The position numbers and the translations under genes are program-made. From Alphaproteobacteria bacterium (lineage in GTDB: Bacteria > Pseudomonadota > Alphaproteobacteria > UBA7887), in assembly GCA_965216755.1 (NCBI GenBank), contig CBDCGL010000011.1:2944001-3008000 (forward strand): a stretch of 64,000 nucleotides of DNA, given 5' to 3'. Shown in pieces: positions 58,058-64,000 of the stretch; the first letter of the stretch is position 1, and the number at the start of each line of letters is the position of its first letter. The notes beneath the pieces were generated by a model. The model did not search any database. It saw nothing but the letters and a program-made list of their open reading frames with translations, and had not been told where the DNA came from.

Positions 58058-59743
58058 ATGGCTAGGCTCCATGGTCGGGCCTCCAACCCGGGCGGCGCCG
58101 AGCGCGCACGCCGCGCGATGTGTGCGGCGGCGTTGGGCATGGCGCAATGGGTTGTCCTGCCGCCGGTATCCCACGCCGACGATGCCGCCCTGCTGCGGCG
58201 GATCGAGGAGCAGGATCGCACCATCGCCGACCAAGATGCGCGCATCGAAGAGCTGGAGCGGACGCTGCGCCAAGTCCTCGATCGTTTAGATGACGATGGT
58301 GCGGCAGTGGCTCCGGTCGCGGCGCCAACACAACAACCATCACAGCCGGCCCCCGAAGTCGCTAGGCCCGCCGAACCCACGCCATCGCAAGGCCCGCAAG
58401 GGACGCCCGCGCCAACAGCCGTGGACGCCGAAGCCACCGCGAACAAAGACGATGAATTTGATCCGTTCGCTCAGCCCACCGCGGCGCGCGCCTATGATCC
58501 AGAGCGAGGCTTTTTCGGCCCCCTGCCGCGCCTGAAAACAGATGATGGCCGCTATTCGATCGGTCTGTTCGGCTTGTTGGAGACCGATGTGGCGTTGTAC
58601 GACCAAGACGCCCAGGGCGACAATGAAACCACGCAGTCCCTGGCCGCGGACCTGTCCAGCGGGAGTGGCCTCAGGCGCGCCACGCTGGGCGTCAGCGGCC
58701 TGATCGACCGCGACTGGATTTACGCGTTTTCCTATGACTTCGCCGATCGTGGCGAAACACCCGCAGATGGCATCCGCGCCGGTTTGGTCATTTACCGCGG
58801 CTTCGACCCGATTTGGCTGGTCGCCGGTCAACAGGGCAATAGTGTTGGCATGGACGCTTCCACGCGATCGCCCGGCCGGCTGTTCATGGAAGCCGCGTCG
58901 CCCGCCAATCTCGCGTTTGCCGCCGGCACGCCGACCCTCGGCTTGTCCGGTGTGCTCCGTACCAAAAACTATTTTGGCCGCGTGGGCGTGTTCGGCGAGC
59001 CGCTCGACAAGACTTCAGACAGTGACGAGGGTTGGGGCATCCATGGCCGCGGCGTATGGATACCTATTGCTGATCGGAACCGTACACTGGCACTCGGCGG
59101 TTCCGCCTTTTGGCGTGAACCCAATACCGAGCGTGGTGTTGGGAATGTGGGCAATGTCAGCGGCTTTCAGATCCGGTCACGGCCCAGTTTCACGATCGAT
59201 GACACCCGTTTGGTCGATACCGGCATTATTCCGCGAATAGACGATTACTACTATCTTGGCGCCGAAGCCGCCGCCGTTTATGGACCGTTCTCGCTGCAAG
59301 GCGAATACGCACATGTCGGCCTCAATCGCAAGAATGGTCCGAATGAGGTCGCGTTCCAAGATCTTGCTTTCGACGGTTACTATGTTCAGGGCAGCTATTT
59401 CCTGACCGGCGAATCGCGCAATTTCTATCCCCGGTTTGGGACGTTCTGGCGGGTTCAGCCGGCTTCCGACTTCAGCTTGTCGTCCGGCAATTGGGGCGCG
59501 TGGGAAGTGGCGTTGCGTTATAGCTCGTTGGATTTGGACGACGGCGTCGCCAACCTGGCAGGCGGTGGCATCCGCGGCGGCGTTTTGGAGAACTATTCCG
59601 TCGGGCTCAATTGGTATTTGAATGCTTTTGTGCGTGTGATGATGAACTACGTCCATTCGGACGCAGACAATCTCAGCGACACAGGCCTGAGCGAAGGCGA
59701 CGTGGTCGATTCCTTTGGCGTGCGTTTGCAAATCGAATGGTAG
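58058..59743 (+). CDS. OprO/OprP family phosphate-selective porin
   Basis: N-terminal coiled coil; RRATLG, FMEAA, GPFSLQGEY, SYFLTGE, GAWEVALRY, GLNWYLN and terminal W. Start uncertain. Confidence 0.88.
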   Translation: MARLHGRASNPGGAERARRAMCAAALGMAQWVVLPPVSHADDAALLRRIEEQDRTIADQDARIEELERTLRQVLDRLDDDGAAVAPVAAPTQQPSQPAPEVARPAEPTPSQGPQGTPAPTAVDAEATANKDDEFDPFAQPTAARAYDPERGFFGPLPRLKTDDGRYSIGLFGLLETDVALYDQDAQGDNETTQSLAADLSSGSGLRRATLGVSGLIDRDWIYAFSYDFADRGETPADGIRAGLVIYRGFDPIWLVAGQQGNSVGMDASTRSPGRLFMEAASPANLAFAAGTPTLGLSGVLRTKNYFGRVGVFGEPLDKTSDSDEGWGIHGRGVWIPIADRNRTLALGGSAFWREPNTERGVGNVGNVSGFQIRSRPSFTIDDTRLVDTGIIPRIDDYYYLGAEAAAVYGPFSLQGEYAHVGLNRKNGPNEVAFQDLAFDGYYVQGSYFLTGESRNFYPRFGTFWRVQPASDFSLSSGNWGAWEVALRYSSLDLDDGVANLAGGGIRGGVLENYSVGLNWYLNAFVRVMMNYVHSDADNLSDTGLSEGDVVDSFGVRLQIEW

Positions 59744-59753
59744 TCGCGGTCCG

Positions 59754-60320
59754 CTACTCACCACCCAAATAAGGTCCCTCGCCCGCCAAACGGGCGAATT
59801 GGGTCGCGAAATTGGCCAGTGCTAGGCGTCCGGCTCCGGTGCGCGACAAGACCTTGCGGACGGTCCTACTGGCCTGGTCTGTTAGCCATACGCCGCGCAA
59901 CGCCTGATCTTGCGTCGAGGCGTCGACGGTCGCGCGCGTTGCCAGCGCGTTGGCCGGGAACGTCATGTTTGTGCTTGCGCTGGCCGCCGTGACGATCCAG
60001 GCCTGCGTCAATTCGCCAGTGTCCAAGGTGCGGTTGCCGTTGAAATCATAGGCCTCAAGCCAGCGTAACGGTGCAATAACGGTCGGCAGATAAAGCCGCG
60101 CGCTCGGCAGAACCGGATCACCGAAACCAATCTCGGGCAATGGTGCAACCACATCTGCCCACGCTTGCGCCGCACCACTATCCCCCGACAGCCACAGCGC
60201 GTCGACATCCAACCGCGGGTAGTTCTCGACCGCCACGCAGCCGGTGCCCAGCAGCAACAACCCGGCGACCACAAACTTCGTCATTCGCCGCTGGCGCGGC
60301 TGGATCGGTTGTTTTTTCAC
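59754..60320 (-). CDS. Hypothetical lipoprotein with one EF-hand-like loop
   Basis: Lipobox-like LLLGTGC; DFNGNRTLDTGE loop. Confidence 0.6.
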   Translation of the reverse strand: MKKQPIQPRQRRMTKFVVAGLLLLGTGCVAVENYPRLDVDALWLSGDSGAAQAWADVVAPLPEIGFGDPVLPSARLYLPTVIAPLRWLEAYDFNGNRTLDTGELTQAWIVTAASASTNMTFPANALATRATVDASTQDQALRGVWLTDQASRTVRKVLSRTGAGRLALANFATQFARLAGEGPYLGGE

Positions 60321-60615
60321 GCTAGATCCTTGTTTAGGACGAGGTCACAAACGACCGGAAGACGCGGACGGCAATTGCGCCGCGCGACCGATGGGGCAGA
60401 CTAAGCAATTGAACACGCCATTCCTATCGCCTGTTCGCGCCAATCCACTGGATATGTGCGAAAAGGTGCCTCAGGCATCCAAGTCCACGGACTTGGTGGC
60501 GGCGATTCGGGTTGAGGCCCTGGATCTTGCGGTGATACGCGCGATTCTCTTGGGGCAGGCCGGTGGCGCGGAGATTATTCGTTTTCCCAGGCGGCCCAAG
60601 ACCCCCTGATCGACA

Positions 60616-61137
60616 TCAGAACTTGATCCAACTTTGGCTCTGGTCCGGTGGTCGGCTGAGCAAAGCAATGATGCGCGCGCGCACGGCGTCGACTTCTGAC
60701 GCCATATGCGGGTTATTGCGGCGATAGGTATCGACGTGGTTCCAGACGCGCGCGCGGGTAGCCGGATTCTTGCGCATATGTCGAACCGCATCGTCAATCG
60801 CTATGCGCCGTTCTCGCGTGTTCAAATGAGAAACCGCGCGCAACACGAGGATCGTGCCGGCCATCTCGGGATTGCTTTTCCGATGCGCTCGGTCGTCCTC
60901 ATCGCCGCCGAACCGCCGGCGCACCGCATCGAGCGGCGTCGTGGCGTCGGGCCGATCACGATACGGGTTGGCGAGCAATCCTTCGAGGCTGAGCAGATTG
61001 TCGCTGCCTTCTTTTCCAACTTCGTCGGCCCTGGCGGGTGAGGCGACCATGACTGCGGCGATCAAGGCCAAGTTCCGCAAACATGCCAAAAGGTGTGACG
61101 AGTTGATCAACGGTAACGTCCTGCCGGTGACGGTCAC
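60616..61137 (-). CDS. Hypothetical exported protein
   Basis: Signal-like LALIAAVMVASPARA-D. No recognised domain; start uncertain. Confidence 0.5.
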   Translation of the reverse strand: MTVTGRTLPLINSSHLLACLRNLALIAAVMVASPARADEVGKEGSDNLLSLEGLLANPYRDRPDATTPLDAVRRRFGGDEDDRAHRKSNPEMAGTILVLRAVSHLNTRERRIAIDDAVRHMRKNPATRARVWNHVDTYRRNNPHMASEVDAVRARIIALLSRPPDQSQSWIKF

Positions 61138-61222
61138 GCGGTCCTCTGCCCGTAGGGGCCGGGTCGAGGACCCGCCCTATGGACTTATGCGGTGCGGTGC
61201 AGGCGGACAAGTCGCGCCGGGA

Positions 61223-61945
61223 TCACGATAGCGCCGTGGCGACGAACGCGGGATAGGTTTTGGCCAGCGTCTCGCGCACCGGTCCGCGAATCAGCGCGCG
61301 TTCGGCGTCGCTCACGGCCAGCGTCTCAGGCACGGTATTGGGATACGCGAACGCGAAGCCGGTCGAGTCGATGACCTCATCCAGAGTGACACCGGGATGC
61401 AGGCTTTCCAGGCTGAATGCGCCGGCCTCTTGGTCAAATGTCATGACCGCCTTGCCGGTCACCAGAGCTTCGGGTCCACCGGGTCGATAGCCGCCTGCGG
61501 GGCCGCTTCCGGGGGCGCTGATAAAATCCACCCGCGGCACCAACACCCGGCGCGAATGTTCTTCGCGAAACAAAATCACCCGTGGCACCACGTAGTACAG
61601 GTAACCCGATCCGAACGAACCCGGAAAGCGCACGCGTGTGTCGGGGTAGTCGCCAACGCCAACCAAATTTATGTTGCCGGCGCCGTCGATCTGGCCGCCT
61701 GATAGAAAAAACGCGTCGACACGGCCGCTGCCGGCCAAATCGAACACTTCTCGCCCGCCGTCTGTGAGCGGAAAATGGGTTTGGCTGCCCAGAATGATGA
61801 CCCGGGTGGCCCCCTGGCTTTGGGCTTCGACCAGCAGCGCGGCAGCGGCGGGAATGGGCGAAATGGCGCCGACAACGACCAGGCGCAGCCCGGCAATACG
61901 CCGCGCCAGTATGGCGATCAGAAGCTCGCGATGATGATCAACCAT
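61223..61945 (-). CDS. CoA-transferase-like beta subunit (GctB/PcaJ fold)
   Basis: Motifs FFLSGGQIDGAGNINL, FPGSFGS, VDFISAPG and SLHPGVT..EV...TG. Confidence 0.85.
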   Translation of the reverse strand: MVDHHRELLIAILARRIAGLRLVVVGAISPIPAAAALLVEAQSQGATRVIILGSQTHFPLTDGGREVFDLAGSGRVDAFFLSGGQIDGAGNINLVGVGDYPDTRVRFPGSFGSGYLYYVVPRVILFREEHSRRVLVPRVDFISAPGSGPAGGYRPGGPEALVTGKAVMTFDQEAGAFSLESLHPGVTLDEVIDSTGFAFAYPNTVPETLAVSDAERALIRGPVRETLAKTYPAFVATALS

Positions 61946-61972
61946 CGACCTGGCCGCACGAATTGCCCCGAA

Positions 61973-62812
61973 TTATTCGGCGGCCATTGCGGCACCGAAG
62001 ACGGTCCGATCAAGATAGGCATCGAAACCATCCTGTGTGCGCGCGGCCGCAACGTAATCCTTCATGTGCGCGTCGTCGGCCGGGTAAAGGTCGGCGAAAG
62101 CCAGCGGCCAGGCGCCGTGGTCGGCTTCAGCGACCGCATCGATATAAATGTTTGGCACGGTCCCAGCTGCCGTGACCGGATCATCGAGCAAGTTGCCATC
62201 GACCAGGGTTTCGACGGTGACCAGACTATGGCGCGCGGCATGGGCCATGGTCATCAATTCGCGCCGCAGCCCCACCCACACATTGCCGTGGCGATCGCCG
62301 CGTGGCGCATGAAATAGCGCGATATCCGGTGTGATCGCGGGGATCAGGACGATTGGATCGGCGACGGAATCCTCGGCGAATGGATTGTTGATGGTGCGCC
62401 AATCCGGGCGATGGCGTACCAGATCGGATCCGATCAAACCGCGCAACGGCATGAACGGAACGCCTTTTTCGGCCGCTTGCAAGCCGGCGTGAAGGGCTGG
62501 ACAGGTCGTGTCTTGGACCCGCAACCGGCCGTTTTCCACAGCCGCCCGAAAACGCGGCGCGCCGCCATACTCGCCCAAAGTGACGGCCGCCGTTTCCAAT
62601 CCCGCAACGCAGCCGGCGCCAATCAGCCAATCAGCCATTAGGCCGCAAGTGGGGCCGCCGATTAGATGCAGGTTCTTGGCGCCACGGCGAATCAAGGCGC
62701 CGGTGGCGGCCATCGGCACACCATTCGCATCGGTAGGAGCCACCAAGCTGCTGCCATCGGCGACCATGGCCGCGAGTTCGTCAATATTCACAATAGGTTG
62801 GTGATGATCCAT
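61973..62812 (-). CDS. CoA-transferase-like alpha subunit (GctA/PcaI fold)
   Basis: Motifs DWLIGAGCV, LQAAEKGVPFMP, PAITPDIALFHAPRGDRHGN and VTVE. Confidence 0.87.
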   Translation of the reverse strand: MDHHQPIVNIDELAAMVADGSSLVAPTDANGVPMAATGALIRRGAKNLHLIGGPTCGLMADWLIGAGCVAGLETAAVTLGEYGGAPRFRAAVENGRLRVQDTTCPALHAGLQAAEKGVPFMPLRGLIGSDLVRHRPDWRTINNPFAEDSVADPIVLIPAITPDIALFHAPRGDRHGNVWVGLRRELMTMAHAARHSLVTVETLVDGNLLDDPVTAAGTVPNIYIDAVAEADHGAWPLAFADLYPADDAHMKDYVAAARTQDGFDAYLDRTVFGAAMAAE

Positions 62813-63139
62813 GGGGCCTCCGTGGGCGCTAAACCTGGCCGCGCCCTATGGCGTGAAGCCTATGGTTTTCCGGCGCCGTATGCAAATCGTTGTGCGGTGC
62901 GCTTTACGCCGCGCAGCCGCTCGAAGGTCGCAGGGCTGCTCTGCGGCGGGTCACACTTGTGCCTGAAACGCCAAGGATCTAGCTATGTCATAGGGAAGTT
63001 GTTTTGTGCTTTAGATTGAACGCATGTTCGCGCTTCACAGCGCCCGGAGGTAAAGTTTGAGTATGGTCCGGAAAGGTGCGGCGTAGATGGATCGATTTTT
63101 TCGCTTATTCGCAAAAAGGGCTAACGCGAAGGTGATTGG

Positions 63140-64000
63140 ATGGTAAAGGGGCGGAACGTCTTGTTCAGCCTCGGTGTTATCGCAGCCTTGGCCATCGGCG
63201 GTGTTTATGGCGCGGATTGGTGGGAGCGCCAGCAGTACATCGTCACCACAGACAATGCTTATGTGCGCGCCCATCTGACCGTGATCAGTCCGGAAATCGA
63301 CGCCCATGTCGAAACCGTTCATGTGGTCGCCAACGACTTTGTCCGTGCGGGTGACATACTGGTCACGTTTAGCGCCAGTTCATACGAAGCAGCGGTTGAC
63401 ACCGCGCGCGCCGAGCTCGCCGCCGCCGAGGCGGATCTGACCAACGGTCAAGCATCAATCGAGAATGTCACCGCGCGGCGCCAATTGCAGCATGCCTTGA
63501 TCGCCCAGGCCGACGCACGCCTTGCTTCGGAACGCGCCGCGGCGGAGCAAGCCGGCCGCGATCTGGAACGCTATGAACGGCTCATGGAACGGCAGACCGG
63601 CAGTCGGCAAAAGTTCGAAGAGGCCCTGACCGCGCGGCGTCAGGCGACCGCGGCTGTCGCACGGGCTGAAGCGGAGCAGCAGGCCGCGCGCGAAGCACTG
63701 ACGGTGATCGACAGCGAAATGGGCCAGATGGACGCTGACATCGCGCGCCGTCAGGCCATGGTCGCCCGGGCAGAGGCGCGCTTGGACCAGGCCGAGCTGG
63801 CATTGTCGGACACGTTGGTGATTTCGCCGGTTGACGGCTTCATCGGCAATCGCAAGGTCGAACCGGGCATGTATATGGAAGCCGGTTGGCCCATGATGTC
63901 CGTGATTCCAACCTCGGAAATTTGGGTGACGGCGAATTTTAAGGAAACGCAAGTGCGTCGCTTACGGTCTGGCCAGATCGCGGAACTGAGAATCGATGCC
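63140..64000 (+). CDS. HlyD/EmrA family membrane fusion protein (3'-truncated by the window end)
   Basis: MVKGRNVLF, a TM helix, then TTDNAYV...V..GD.L...ISPVDG...WVTANFKETQ...GQ...IDA. Absent from the ORF track because it has no stop. Confidence 0.9.
   Translation, partial: MVKGRNVLFSLGVIAALAIGGVYGADWWERQQYIVTTDNAYVRAHLTVISPEIDAHVETVHVVANDFVRAGDILVTFSASSYEAAVDTARAELAAAEADLTNGQASIENVTARRQLQHALIAQADARLASERAAAEQAGRDLERYERLMERQTGSRQKFEEALTARRQATAAVARAEAEQQAAREALTVIDSEMGQMDADIARRQAMVARAEARLDQAELALSDTLVISPVDGFIGNRKVEPGMYMEAGWPMMSVIPTSEIWVTANFKETQVRRLRSGQIAELRIDA

Overview
High-GC alphaproteobacterial chromosome segment (Rhodospirillales-like, judged from the ialB-rlmN-argG and yggT-yggU gene order, a SAM-II riboswitch on metZ and Flp pilins). 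About 1.4-12.5 kb is housekeeping and ends at a tRNA-Ala(CGC). The rest is accessory: three class III cyclase-TolB-TPR receptor paralogs (one frameshifted, two flanking a Tat-exported IorAB-type molybdoenzyme), a TRAP transporter with a hydrolase, a CHASE2-PAS-GGDEF-EAL / FecR / TpsB signalling locus, two orphan Flp pilins, a two-component pair, an OprO/P porin, an atypical CoA-transferase-like pair and a truncated EmrA-like gene. The best candidate for an undescribed system is at 21.9-35.0 kb. It has two NosR/NirI-like flavo-Fe-S membrane proteins with no nosZ or nirS in the window. One of them heads an apparent operon with a MotA/ExbB-like channel, an Asp-bearing MotB/ExbD-like partner with a YfaP/DUF2135-like domain instead of OmpA, and two paralogous small membrane proteins. 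A divergent PQQ dehydrogenase (DYD motif, no vicinal Cys-Cys) and a cytochrome c follow, and a twin-arginine-motif amidohydrolase and small secreted proteins are transcribed divergently. Two copies of a ~90-bp AT-rich palindromic element lie between convergent genes. All calls come from motif recognition by eye; no database searches were run.
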